From Phaeosaccion multiseriatum (Eukaryota; Protista; Ochrophyta, other classes): a stretch of 64,000 nt of DNA. The stretch's first letter is position 1, and each line of letters begins with the position of its first letter. This document shows positions 49,975 to 62,917 of this stretch, piece after piece. The stretch lies in contig OZ218951.1 in assembly GCA_965112735.1 (NCBI GenBank), positions 496,001-560,000 on the forward strand, written 5' to 3'. The translations under genes and the position numbers were made by a program. The notes below the pieces were generated by a model. It saw nothing but the letters and a program-made list of their open reading frames with translations, did no database searches and was not told the DNA's origin.

Positions 49975-52707
49975 ATACGGCTATTCTCCCTCCCCTTGAT
50001 ACACACATGTCCTCACCCGCCGCCGGACAAGGGTAAAATGTCGTTACCCCCCCCCCGTCTCGATCCCGTCTCACCAAAAGGCGGCATGGTGCAGGACAAG
50101 GGGGATGAGGAGTTCGCGGGGCCCATCGAGCAAGAGGCTGCTGAGCGAGCAGGTAGCGCAAAGAGAGACGCAGGTGAGAGACAGAGAGAGAGAGAGAGAG
50201 AGCCAGAAAGGCGAAGAGACAGCCTGAGAGAGAGGGAGACGGGGAGACGTGGAAGAGAGGGAGAGGGGAACGGAGGAGATGTCCCCAATTAAACGCAGCC
50301 AAGCTCTGCCATGCGTTATCCACACGCTCGCTTTCTCTTCCTGCTTACTGACCTCGCTATCTGCCAAAATCTTCCGCCTGGCTCTGCTCAGCTCTTGAGC
50401 GTCGCAAATCGATTGTGGCGATGAGAGGGAGGGGGTCGACACAAGCCGCCACCGCAACCACAGAAGCAGCAGCAGCATTACTAGCAGCAGCAATACAAGG
50501 CCCCGCAGCAGAAGAGTTCCCCTCCGGTCGGAGAAAGACGCACCGAAGCGCGGCGGCAGGGGGCTGACGAGTCGTCTCCCGTCAAGGAAAGCGAGAGCAC
50601 GAGCCGAGTCGCGGGAGAGGCCTGCCTCTTGCCCCTCTCCGGCACGGCTGGGGCCCGCTCCACCGCTCTACGAGGAGCCGTGAGGATAGACGTCAGCAGA
50701 GACCTAGGCTGGTCTGAGCCGGCTCCCTGCCACCCTTGACAAGAGGACAGCGACGTCAGCAAGTCGTGTGAGCGGTGTAAGAGTCTTTGTAGGCCTCTCG
50801 CCTCACCCCCGCCCAAGTGAGGGGCATGGCGTGACGAGGCATGCAGTGCTCAGCTGACTTCTTGTGTGGTAAAGGGACGAAGGGGTGAAGGGGGGGGTCC
50901 TGGGAACACAACAAAGGCCTCAGACCTGTCAGCCTCCGTAGCTATCCCACCCGCCCAACCGAATCTCCCTGCCTGTATGCCTATGCGATGTGGAAATTGA
51001 GACTAAGGTTCATTTCACAATTGGTGGCGTAGCGCAGTAGCCTCTCACCCAACGGAGTGCCTGGGCCGCTTCGAATAACGAGCGAGGAAGCCTCGAGGCA
51101 GTGCAAAGGGCGAGGCGGAGGCGGAGTGAGTGAAGGGCCGGCAACATGCGTAGACACAACTGATGGCAAGCAAGCTGCTCGTCTTTGGTCATGAATACAT
51201 ACAGTACGACCATAAGAGAAGGGCCGCCTGCCTGCCTTTTCTCCTCTCTTTTCCCTTCTCACTTCCGCCTTGAATGTGTGTCATACGGGGACCCATGATC
51301 AATGAATGACCAATCCCTTTCTGTCGTCAGTTGGGCACAGAGAGAGGACTTTTGCCCGCCGGTACCGAAGGACTCAGCGCATCCTCCTCCCTGCTCGCTC
51401 TGCTCAGCGAAGGGCAGAAAGCGGGGGTGGGCGCGGGTCTTGAGGATGATCGTTCAATGCCGGTGCTACAGCTGTGAGAACGAAGCACAGCCACGAGGAA
51501 GTTGGACAGACAAAACGGCCGTGAGACAAAAGCAGAAAGACAGAAGCTCAACCGGCGAGCAGGAAGGGTGGAGGATGGGGGAATGGGGTAGAAAGAAGGT
51601 CTCGCTCCACCTGGGAGGATCCACATTGCTTGAAGATGGGTGCGGAGCCAGCACAAACGACAGACGAGTTTGGGGCGGCAGCAGCAGACAGCTCGACATT
51701 CCACGCATGAGTGCTCTACTCAGCAACATTGTACTTATCCACAGCGCTTGCTTTGATGCTTACGTGAGAAGGACGGGGCTCCAGGGAGAGAGGCGTTGAT
51801 CCGGCCCAGCAGCAACAAACCGGCCAAGCGTAAGAGACAGCGAGATACATGGCTCATTGCGAGTGAAGGCGAAGCAAGTAGAGAGCTCCACAGCAGATTC
51901 GAAGCGTCCTAGACCCTGAGGTACTGCGGCAGGTGTGCGTGGTCTGTAGCTTTGCTTATCAAGTGTCGGAGAGAGTGAGTCTGGGACCAAAAGGGAGGCC
52001 TCAGCTTTTCCAGAGGCCTCCAGAGCTGCGCCTCCCGCTCGAATAAGTGTCGTGCTCCTTTGATGGAGGCATTGCGAGCAAGGGTCAGCGAAGTGAAGCT
52101 TGAGGCATCGCGATGTTCTCTTCGATGCTATGGTTTTCCTCTTGCCCTTTTAGCCTCTGTGTGAAGGAGGTGTGAGGCCTTCCAAGAAAGAGGCCTCCGT
52201 GAAGGCACAACCCCTTTCACAATGCAAGTAGCGAGGGTGGCATAGAGCGCGATGGCTCGCTGCTCGCTCTTCTTCCAAGCCCTACGCTAAAAGAAGGTGA
52301 GAGGGGCTTGGGGACACGAAAGTGAAAAAAGGAGTCATTTCTTTGCGCCTGCTCGCATCTCTTCTCTCTCTCTCACTCACTCACTGTCCCACTCTCTCTC
52401 TCTCTCTTGCTCACGGAAACGCCTCGCCTCTCCTTTTAAGTAAGCAGGACTGCGCCTCACCTCTGCGGCTCTGCCTTTTGGTCTCCCTCCTCACACCCGC
52501 CCTCCCCAGGCCATCTGTTAAATTAAGGGTACCTCGGCGTCCATCTGCCCCCCCTCCTGCACGCCAAGTTGACTTCTCGCCTCGACGGCAACAACTGCTC
52601 CCCGCGGAGGAGAGAAGGGAAGGACGTCGCACTCACTCCCAACCCCTCCGCTACCATCTCCCCTCCCCTCCGCTGCCATCTCTCTCCCGCTACTCCCGGC
52701 CAGCCCC

Positions 52708-53374
52708 TTACAGACGCGCACAGAGCCTGATGAGGTGTTTGAGCTTGGCTATCCAGTCCTTGTGCAGCGACCAGTAGTTGCTGGACAGGTCCTGGTTCAC
52801 CGCCCCGGCGGTTTGCTGTTGTCCAGCCGGGTGCAAGTAGAGCAAAAAAAAACAGGCAGCAGCAGCGCACAAGGGAATGACGAAGTGCCTCTGTTAGACA
52901 GCGCTCGACTCAGAGGGCACACATGGCGGAGGCAGTAGCAGCAACGAGGATGAGGAGGATGTACGGAGAGGGACCGATCCGTAACCGCTCCCCCCCCGCT
53001 TTCGCCCTCCAGCAGGGCACAAGAGGAGCGCTGCACGCGTAGATAGGCGGCGCACACCCCTTACGTAACTATGCCCCAAGTCAAGTCACCACGTACCATG
53101 TCTCTGGCCTGCAGCGCGTGCACAAAGGTGGCCACCCTCTCCAGCACTTCGGACTCGAGCTCCCCCTTGCCCATCTTGTCGTAGAGCACGGCCACCGCCA
53201 CGTTCACCTGCCCCAGCATCTTCTTCTCAGGGGCGTTGAGCACCGAGCCCGTCAGCGCGGCGAGCATCTGATTCAGCGCAGCAACAATGGCGCCGCACTC
53301 GGCAGACGCCTGTGCAGCCGCGGGTGCGGTGACTGCGGGGTCCGTCGGGGCGGGCGCTGGGGATGGGGCTGCTG

Positions 53375-53408
<34 letters not shown>

Positions 53409-55663
53409 TGGAGCCTGCACCTTGTGCTGGTGTTGCTGCTGCTGCTGTGGGGGCATCCCTGGGCCTCCTGGCCTGGAGGGGGCGCCGATGCTGGCGGCGG
53501 GGTTCATGACGGTGGGCTGCATCACGGAAGGCGCCTGACGAACGAGGGGACGGGGCAGGCAGCAGCATACGCGGTCAGTCATGCCATGCTAGAGGCTATA
53601 CATACAGATTCTTCTCGGTGCCCCACTCGCCCCTTATGCCCCTTGCCCGCCAGGTGCCCACCCATATGCCTGTCCGTACGTACCTGCGGCATGCCCGGGT
53701 TCGAGGGGGCCACAGGTCGGCCATAAGCTCCGGCGGCGGACGGGGCCGCAGGGGCGCCGTACCCCCCTGGGGCTGTAGGAGCCGCGGGGGCAGCGGGTCT
53801 GTTGCCGTACGGGGAGGGTGCCTGACCGGCGGCTGGTGCCAAGACCGGTGCTGCTGCTGCTGGCGGTGCCGGTGCTGGTACTGGAGCCGCTGCTGCTTGC
53901 TGGACGAACCCACCGGGCACCGCAGAGGGCATGGCGGGTCGTGGCGTTGGCGTGTTGTACTGGGCGGCAGGCTGGCGCTGGGGCTGCATGCGGAGGGGCT
54001 GTTGAGGCGCTGCGGCCGCTGCGGGGGGAGGGGCAGGTCGCTCCCACTGCGTCTCTCCCGTGGCTTGATTGCAGTAGTAAGGAATGCCTCGGGAGGGGTC
54101 CACCATTTGTGTCCACCCCGGGGGCAGAGGCTGCGCCCCCCCTGCCGCCCCTGCTCCTCCTGCTGGCGCCTGCTGCTGCTGCTGCTGATGCTGTTGCTGC
54201 TGGGCTTGCTGGCCAAAGTGCTGTCCTTGCTGACCGGATTGCTGCATGGCCGACTGCCCCACTGCTGCCGCTCCTGCCACGTCTCCCGCCCCTGCCTCCT
54301 GAGGCGAAACACCCACCACCTTGGGACCCTCGAAGGGGAAAGTGGGTACCGGAGCCCCATTGAAGGCGGCGGGGTTGCTCTTGTAGAGCCTGTCCTGGAG
54401 GATGGCCCCGCTGAGCACCTCTCCCGAAGAGTACTTCATGGCCGCCTCCTGCAAGCCAAGAGTCAAGCAACGTGTCAAGCAGGGTGTCAAGCAAGAGTCA
54501 ATAGCTAGGTCCGACCCTCTCACGGCACCCCGATAAGCTCCCGCGGTCCTGCGCGACCAATAGTCTCGATGCGCTTTTCTCCTCGCGCTCACACACGCAC
54601 GCAGACGGCCTCACGCACGACGCACTCACAGCACTCACAGCACTCACAGCACTCACAGCACTCACAGCACTCACAGCACTCACAGCACCCACAGCACTCA
54701 CAGCACCCACAGCACTCACAGCACTCACAGCACTCACAGCACTCACAGCACTCACAGCACTCACAGCACTCACAGCACCCACAGCACTCACAGCACTCAC
54801 AGCACTCACCAGCTCTCCCTCCGCCGCGAGCACGTGCGCGTATTGTGCGAACATGTCCAGCACCTCGGGCTGCAGAGGCGTGCCGGGCTCCGCCTGGCTG
54901 AAAATAGACACCTGGGCATGAGGGAGAAGGGGCGGGGAGACTCATGAGGAAGGGGGGCATTGACATACGCGGGAGTTGCGTCGGCAGTGAAGAGGGAGAA
55001 GACACGTCTGGCCGACGACCTCCTTCGTGCTCTCCTCCCCTCTCCTCTCCTCTCCTCTCCTCCCCTGCCCTCTCCTCCCCTCTCCTCTCCTCTTCTCCCT
55101 TCTCTCCTCCCCTCCCCTCCCCTCCCCATCAACTGCGGTCCCATCCCCCCTTCCCCCTCACCTTCTCCACAAAAGCGTGCAGGGCTCTCGTGTCCTTGCT
55201 GCCCTCCTCCCCCTGCTGCAGCACCCGCAGCTCGTCCAGCCAAATACCAATGGTCTTGGTCACGCTCACCGCGCACATGTAACACAAGTTGGCACTCCGG
55301 CGGTCGCCAACCTCCGCCTCCAGCCTCGACCCCAGCGTCTCACATAAGGCAGGGAACTCGTCGCTCTTGGCGTATGTGGACAGGATCGCGAGAGTTTCTG
55401 GCCAGCGAGAGAGGTCGGACGACTGCACAAGGCCGCCGAGCTCGGACTTGATGATGGCAGACACAACGTGCAGGAAGGGGCGAGATGCGGCCTCACGCAC
55501 AAAGTAAGCCTTTTGTGGAGCAGAGGAGCGAGAGGCGAAGAGGTCAGGCATATGGGTGGGTGAGGGTGGGTAACAGGGGATGGGGAGGGGAGGGGAGGGG
55601 TGAGTCGGCGGGCGAGTTCACTTTCAAACAAGGAGCGACAGACAGACAGAGAGACAGAGAGAC

Positions 55664-55727
<64 letters not shown>

Positions 55728-56514
55728 GGACAGACGGACAGACAGAGAGAAAGGGCCCAGAAGCTGGAAATACAAGTCCAATGACGGGAGACTTACCGCC
55801 TGCGTCTTGGCCCAGAGGTCCGCCCCCCCGCAGCTGGCGAGAAGCAGCGCGTCTGCCATGTTTCCTGTCTGCAGGCAGCACTGCACCGCCGCCTCAAAGT
55901 TCCCCACAAGCAGCGCCCGCTTGATGAGGGTTTCTGCACCCACATCCATGGTCACGGGAGGGTGTGCCAACAGACCGTGTTGCGTGGCGGCAGCGAACAT
56001 GCCTTCCAAGCCCCCCCCTTCCCCTCCTGCCGCTGTTGAGGCGCCTCCTTCCGCTCCCCCAGCCGCCCCGCTGGCCGTCGCTCCGTCTGCGGGAGGAGCG
56101 CTGCCGAAGTCCACGCCCGGAGGAGGAGGGGAAGCACCACCAGCAGCAGCAGCGGCGGCAGCGGCGGAGGGAGAGACGGGTGGCAGGGGGATGTTCTCTG
56201 TCGGTGGAAGTCCAAAGTCTCCCCCTCCCGCGCTGGCCCCTCCCGGCCCTGCTGGGCTGAAGAGGGAGGATGTCCCTGCCCCATCAGCGCCGTCTGTAGA
56301 GCGTCGGACGAGTCAGACGATGGGCCGGGGGGGGGGAGAGGGGAGAGAAATGGTGAGGAATGGGGAAAGGTGGGGAGAGGAGAGGGGTGAGCAAATGGGC
56401 AGTAGAAAAGGCAGGGCATGCACAAAGACGCACAACCGAACACTTGTTACTCACCACCCCGACAAGGTCGGACACTGGGGACGCAACATGGCGTGAGCAA
56501 CAGCCCAATACACC

Positions 56515-56554
<40 letters not shown>

Positions 56555-59036
56555 CGAGCACCACCCATAACCCCCCCCCCTGCTCACCTAGCGCCCCCTC
56601 GGGCATGGCGAAGGAGCTCATGGGCGGAGTGGCAAGGTCCACAGCCTCCAGGCCCGTAGACAGGCCGGACAAGCCGTCGCCACCCTTGACGCTGGTGCTC
56701 CCATTGCTGAAGCCTCCGTCGCTAGGAGTAGCGGAGAAGTCTCCTGAGGAGGGAGTGGTTACGAGTCCGAGACGTGTGTATGCATGTGCGAGAGCGAGAG
56801 AGGGAGGGGGGGGCAGAGGAGAGGGAGCGACAAGAACAAGATGGATAAGGAGCTGAGCATGAATGGTTACACGTCTTCCCTTCAGCAGCGGTGGTCGTTC
56901 CTTTCGCTTGCCCTATAGTTATCGCCCCCTCCCCCCCCCCTGTGTACCTGCGACACTGAGCGGTGGCGTGAGAGTGCCCGCCGTGGCCGATACGCTGACT
57001 GAGTCGAGATCAGCGGAGGTGACGAGAGATGACGATGAGAGCGGGGTGGCCTCCACTCCGTTGCTCATGTTGAGTCCCTACATCATAGAGGGACAGGGGG
57101 GGGGGGGGTGTTCAGTTTGTGAGTTTGAGTTGTCCAATACGGCACGGGGAGTGGGGAGGGCGGAGGAGGTTCGTGTTTCCAAACACAGGAAATGGAAGGC
57201 GAGTTACAACTTCCGTTCCGTCAATTGATACACACCAAACTTGTGAGATGAGAGAGGGGGAGAGAGGCACAAAAGAAACACACACAGAGAGAGGGAGAGA
57301 GAGGCACAAAAGAAACACACACAGAGAGAGCCCCTCACCTGCTGGGACGAAGGCGGTCCCGGCGTGTCCACCACTCCCCTCGGCGAGCGCAATCCTTCTA
57401 CCCCTTCTGCCGCAACCGGCTCCGGCCCCGTCCCTGCCCCCGCTTCTCCTCCTGCTGTCGCTGCATCACCATCGCCGACAGCTGCTTTATCACCAACCGC
57501 TGCTGTAGCACCACTTGCTGCCGCCTTAACCCCTGCGAGCACTCCGGTCTGAATGTAGTTGGCGGCCTCCTTGGCAATCTCTTCGGCGTCGAAGCCAAGG
57601 TGGCTGAGCAGCTGCTCCCTCGCGTTCTTCTCGAAGATGACCTTCATGAACTGCCACACCTGCTTGTCGTACGCGTCCGACGCTGCCTTGTCTTTGGCTT
57701 CACAGAACGCACGGAAGTCGCGGCTCACCTTCAGCACACACGGACACAGAGACGAACGAGACACAAAACAAACAGACAGACAAGAGGAGCAAGACACAAG
57801 ATACACACACAATGGTGAGTCACAAAGAGACGTGGATGCCTTTGGATGCCTTCAGAGGTCCACTCCCTCCCCTCCCCCCTCCCCTCCCCTCCCCTCACCA
57901 TTGTCTCTTCGAAGGTGCGAGAGCTCTGCACCAGCTGAGGGTCCTCTGCCACGGAGCTGAGCTGCACAACCTTGGCCTCCCCTGCTCCGCGCTGCGTCCC
58001 TCCCAAGCCCCCCGGAGGAGCCCCTGGCGCCCCCACCCCCGCCCCGCCGAGCCCTCCTCCTCCTGCTGCTGCTGCTGACTTCTTGCCGAAATTGACCAGC
58101 TTTCCTCCGAAACCAAACGAAGCCCCGCACGGCCGATTCAGCCACTTGGGAGCCCTTCCCGAGCTGCTCTTAAAGCCCTGCATGCTGAACAGTTGTACCT
58201 TGCGATCGAAGCTGCAAGTGGAGAGTACGGCGGGGATTTCTGGTGACCATGACACCTGGTACCGGCGGGTGCTGGTGTTGCCATGGGCGCCGAACATCTG
58301 CTGCTGCGGCTGTTGGTGACCGTGTCCGTCGCCATCTGGGCCTCCTGAAGGAAGCTCAAAGACAGGCTGCATGGAGAAGAGGTCCCACACGATGGTCCTG
58401 TTGTCCTTGCCGCACGACACCAGCAAGGAGGTGTCGTGTGGGCACCAGTCGCAAGACAGGATGCCCTGTGTGTGCCCTGTTCGGGGTGAGGTGAGGTGAG
58501 GTGAGGTGAGGTGAAGTGTGGTGGGGGAGGGTGAGGTGAGGTGAGGTGAGGGGAGGTGACGAGAGCGGAGAGTGGCACGGGGGAGGAGGGTGGAGAGTGA
58601 GGGCAAGGAGGGTATGAATGGGCCATAGAAGGCGCGGAGCGAGGCCAAAACAGACCCACATTGGCATGTGTGTGCGTGAGGAAACCACGCGAATGAGCGC
58701 CTTTGCACACACGCGTACACAATTGAGGAGCAGCCTTCCCATCCCCTACCATCCCCTGCCATCCTCAGCTGCCCTCCTTACCCGACAAGGTGGCGAGGGG
58801 CAGACTCGTGGAGCCGCGGAGGTCCCAGAGCTTCAGCACGGGGTTGTTGTCGTCGCCGCTCGCAGTCACCAGGTTCATGCCCTGTGGGAGGAGAGAAAAC
58901 GAGACACAGAGAGGGGGGGGATGTTTGCATATCACATGCCGCAGTGCTTGAGTAAGAGCCGAGGGAGGAAGGGGAGGAAGAGAGGGGAGGAAGAGAGGGA
59001 GAGAGGGAGGGAGGCAGGGAAGGCAGGCAGGTAGGT

Positions 59037-59075
<39 letters not shown>

Positions 59076-61487
59076 CATGGCACAGCGTCTTCCTTCCCTT
59101 GCGAGTCGCGCTTCTCCGCTCTACCCGCTTCGGTGCTGCTTCTGAAACTCAAAACTATTTGGTGCGTGGGTGCGTGCGTGGGTGCGTGGGTGGGTGGGTG
59201 CATGCGTGCGTACCTCTTCTGGGTTCCAGCAGCAAGCGGTGCAGGAGGCCCTGACGGAGTCCCTGAGCTCACACCAAGGCTTCTTGGAGCGAAGGTCCCA
59301 CACAATCGTGCTGCCGTTCATGGCGGACGTGGCGAGGATGTGGGAGACTTTGGTGTTCCACGCACACTTCGTCACCTCTGCACAGTGCTTGGTCTGGCAG
59401 GGGGAGGGGGAAGGAACGGGGGAGGGCGCAGCAGCAGCAGATGGGGGGTTTACAGAGCAGGAGAGGGCAGCAGAGAGCAGAGCAGAGCAGGAGACAGGGG
59501 GGTGGGTTGAGGGGAGAGGCAAGGGGCGAGGAGCGAGGAGGGGATGAGACAGACGCCCGCTTTGGCACTGTCTCTTACCCTGTCTCTGTCTCTCCACGCC
59601 ATCTCGTGGCCGACACACTTTGAAAGCATTACGTTTCCCCACCCCCCACCCCACCCCACCCCATGCACGCACGCACGCACGCACCACCACCACCAACCCG
59701 GCCCCTCACTTGTTCTCCCCCCTTCCTTCCCCTTCCCTACTTACGGCGTTGGGTGGCTGTGAGGGTACGAAGACGTTGGGCGCATCGGGTCTCTCGAGAT
59801 TCATGATGTAGACCTCGTTGTCGGCGCCGCCGCTGGCGAGGAGCTGGCTGCTGGAGGGGTGGGGGTTGAACTGCAGCCCGTTCACAGGACCTGTGGGGAG
59901 TAGAATAGACAGAGGCAGAGTAGAGGGGTCGGACGGGGAGGAGTGAGGGGGGGCCAGGCGGGCCATGCAGAAACAGAGCACCGCCACCACTATGCCCAAC
60001 ACCACCACCACCATCACCACCATCACCACCATCACCACCACCAGACCATGCCAACGCCACTGAGGTGATCCACGCGCAAGCGCCCGCCCCCCAAGCCCCG
60101 GGCCAAGCCCCCCCCCCAAGTCCACTCACAAAGCCCCCCCCCCCAAGTCCACTCACAAAGCCCCCATCTCAAGTGCACTCACCCTTGTGTCTCTGCACGC
60201 TGGCCACTTGCGGCTGTGCGTGGTTGCCCACGAGCTTAGCGGGGTCCCATACGTTGACGGTTCCGTCCCCCATGCCGCCCGCGATGAGGCCGTAGCTAAA
60301 GTCGCTCTGGCGTGTGGCCATCTCGGACCAGGCCAGCACCGCGAAGCGAGAGCTAAGGAGGTAATGAAGAGAAGAGACAGAACACCAAGGAACAATTGGG
60401 GCGATGGGAGGAATGGTTGCGTAGGGTGTTAGACGAAGCGAGAACTAAGGAAGAGAAGAGGCAGAGGAGGGGAAGTGGTGAGTGTGGGCAGAACAAACAC
60501 CAAGGAACACATGGGGGCGGTGGGAGGAATGGTTGTGTATGGGGTTGTTAGTGCGAGCGCAATGGACTGTTGATTGGCTCATATGAATGGATTGGGCAAC
60601 GTGCCGCTCCCTCCACGCTGGTAAGTGCGCTTGGCGGCATGTCGCTGTGTCCCCACCCTCATGCCCTTGTCTGACTGACTGACTGACTGACTGACTGGCT
60701 GACTGAATGATGAGAGCACCACAACTGCTCTGCGCTGCTCTCCTCACCTGGTCTTGACCTTGCCCAGCAGCGTGTCGGCATGTTCATCAACAAAGTCAAG
60801 CTTGTGAAGCTCCAGCTCGCCCCCGTAGTCGTCAAACCCCGCCCCTGCGCTATCCTGCAGGTGGGAGAGGGGAAGGGGCAAGGTCGTGTTTTCGTGTTTG
60901 GGGGGAGGGAAGGAGAGACGTGAGTTTGAGTATACTCCCAGGGTAGCGCGCATCTGGATTGGGTGGGCCAGGTGTCTATGCAGAGTCGTGGGAGTATGTG
61001 TGAAGATGGGGGCGACGAGCAGGGTTCAGACAGGGATAGAGGGGTAAGCGAGAATTTCTTCAGAACTCAGTCCGCCCGTCGGCTCTTCTCCCTCGCCATC
61101 GCTGAAAAAGCGCAGTCAGAGAGTAGATTCAAGAGCACAGAAGTGCACAGCTCACTACACACACTCGCGTAACGACTGACAAGCCAACGTCCGCGTTGGT
61201 GGTCGCCCACATTTCCAGGGAACATGCTTCTTGCAGCGAAGAATGAAGGCGTGAAAAACTTGTCCGACTTGGGAGGGAGGGATGAAGACATAAGCAGTGT
61301 CTAGAATCCCGTGCTATCTGCTTGCTTCTTCCGTCATGCCCATTGCCTGCTACCCCATGTAAGCTTTCCGGACCCTCTCACTCCTCCCTCTCACCTTTGT
61401 TCCCAGCGCCAGCAGCTTGGGGTGCTGCTTCACGTTGCACCATGCTGTGGTAGCGCCCTTATCTGGCAGCTCCTTCAGCAACGACAT
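52708..61487 (-). CDS. SEC31: COPII outer-coat protein Sec31 (multi-exon)
   Basis: ATG at 61487 (MSLLKELPDKGATTAW..LLALGTK|DSAGAGFDDYGGELELH). WD40 repeats (GLIAGGMGDGTVNVWD, GPVNGLQFNP, STIVWDLR, GHTQGILSCDWCPHD..SCGKDNRTIVWD), APKWLNRPCGASFGFGGKL, ACE1-region IKRALLVGNFEAAV..MADALLLA, WPETLAILSTYA, a Pro/Gln-rich region and a C-terminal helical domain ending HKDWIAKLKHLIRLCARL* (stop 52710-52708). Confidence 0.93.
54622..54809 (-). repeat. 9-bp tandem repeat (GTGAGTGCT, about 21 copies) at the 5' end of a SEC31 intron
   Basis: Plus strand reads (agcactcac)n with occasional agcacccac variants. Confidence 0.95.
55637..55746 (+). repeat. (GACA)n microsatellite in a SEC31 intron
   Basis: Seen directly in the sequence. 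Confidence 0.95.
56517..56550 (+). repeat. (CA)n microsatellite in a SEC31 intron
   Basis: Seen directly in the sequence. Confidence 0.9.
58485..58559 (+). repeat. (GGTGA)n pentamer repeat in a SEC31 intron
   Basis: Seen directly in the sequence. Confidence 0.85.
59023..59076 (+). repeat. (GGCA)n microsatellite in a SEC31 intron
   Basis: Seen directly in the sequence. Confidence 0.9.
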
Positions 61488-61867
61488 GACACACTGCACC
61501 CCCAGCTTTCCTCTCTCCCTCTTTCTCCTGCTTTGTCCCGTCTCAGCCGCCGCCAGGTGAGCCGGTCCTCGTACGAGACGAGGCTCCTCGCGTCTCCCGC
61601 GCAACTACCAGCCTCCGCAAGTCAGCCGAGGTGGAGAGCGGAGAGAGCAGTGCCGCACTGCCCAATGCAGCCTTATGCCTCTATCTCCTGTATCCGTTCT
61701 CCGTTGTATCGCACGACTGGGCAAAAGCGTATATGGGCATGGGCATTGATTGCCATCCTGGTAATAGTAAAATACGATTTTATTCTCTGTCGTGGCGCGC
61801 TCGCTGAAAGTGCCAGGCGAGTCAGAGAGAAGGAGAAGTCGGTCTCGCTAAGATCTGTATATAGAAA
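61488..61867. promoter_or_regulatory. Probable compact bidirectional promoter between head-to-head SEC31 and the plastid-protein gene
   Basis: Only 380 nt separate the divergent start codons, and the core (about 61670-61870) is relatively AT-rich. Confidence 0.5.
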
Positions 61868-62917
61868 ATGTTTTTTCGACCACTGCTGCTGGTGCTGGTG
61901 CTTGTGCAGGTGCACGTTAGCCAAGCCTGGCACCTCACGAACGTCAATCACTTACGCCACTCTCAGGGCCCATCAACCTCGCTCAGGATGATGGCCACAA
62001 GCCAGGGTGAAAGCAGCAGTAGAGCTTCTTTCCTCCAGAATTCTCTTGGCTGGTCTGTAGCCACAGCGGTGGCCACTGTGGTGGTTTCACCGCCCGAGGC
62101 CGGTGCCGTCAGCCCCATGGAGTACTACAGGTGAGCACTTGGCCGTCACCTTTGGAGCTTGCGGCAGCCTTGACTCAGGACATCGAGGAGTCGGGGCTAC
62201 CATTCCCTACGCCTTGGAGTCGCATGTGCTACTTACCTGTGTTGCTGTGCCTGTGCCTGTGTGCGCGCGTGCTCACATGTGTGTTGTGCGTGCCCTCCCC
62301 TCCACCCCCTTGACATCACGCCATGTACCGCCCCACGTAGAGCTTGGAAGCAAGAGGAGGCAGATGCTCTCTTGGGTGGCGAGCTAGCAGATGCCCTGGG
62401 CCGAAAGACGCTGCCCGGAACCATCGCCCTCGTGCCGGTGGCGAAGCTGCGACAGACGCTGGACGTGTTGACTGAGCTCATCGGCGATAGAGGCACGTGG
62501 GGCAAGGCGGAGGCAATGCTGGAAGGCGCAGAGTGGAGCCCCAAGGAGATGAAGCGCGCTTTCAATGGCTACTCTGACAACCTCTACATGGCAGAGGGAG
62601 ACGGGAGGGCGAACCAGTACCTCGACGGAGGAGCAAGCCCAAGCAACACAGAAACTCTGCAATACCTCCTGCGCAACGAGGCCATCGGTAACGTGGACGC
62701 TCTCCGCGCTGAAGTGTCCTACCAGATCAGGCTGGCGGACAAGGGCGGACCAGGGGCGGCTTCAACTGCCGAGGAGAAGGCGGAGCTGGAGGCCGGCCCT
62801 GCCACACTCAAAGAGTACTTGGAGGCTGCCAAGACAAACTTTGATGACTATTTGGCCATGGCAGGGGACACGGACAGGGAGCAGGCGATGGCAGTGGCCA
62901 AGGGGGCGCAGCGGTGA
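61868..62917 (+). CDS. Uncharacterised protein with bipartite plastid-targeting presequence and probable thylakoid-lumen signal (about 279 aa)
   Basis: Exons 61868-62130 and 62341-62917 (GT-AG, phase 2). Signal peptide MFFRPLLLVLVLVQVHVSQA|W (aromatic residue at +1, ASAFAP-like), Ser/Arg-rich transit peptide, then SRASFL, a hydrophobic stretch and an AxA site (EAGA). Confidence 0.7.

Noticed and set aside
49975-52707. Short ORFs or an RNA gene between CDS and SEC31
   Set aside because: Translations are low-complexity and non-conserved-looking, and I could not recognise a tRNA or snRNA pattern by eye.
54622-54809. CRISPR array or telomeric repeat
   Set aside because: There are no spacers, the unit is not a telomere motif I recognise, and it lies within an intron.
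54569-55005. Cys/Glu-rich metallothionein-like or HSQ-repeat ORFs
   Set aside because: They are translations of the intronic 9-bp repeat and flanking sequence.
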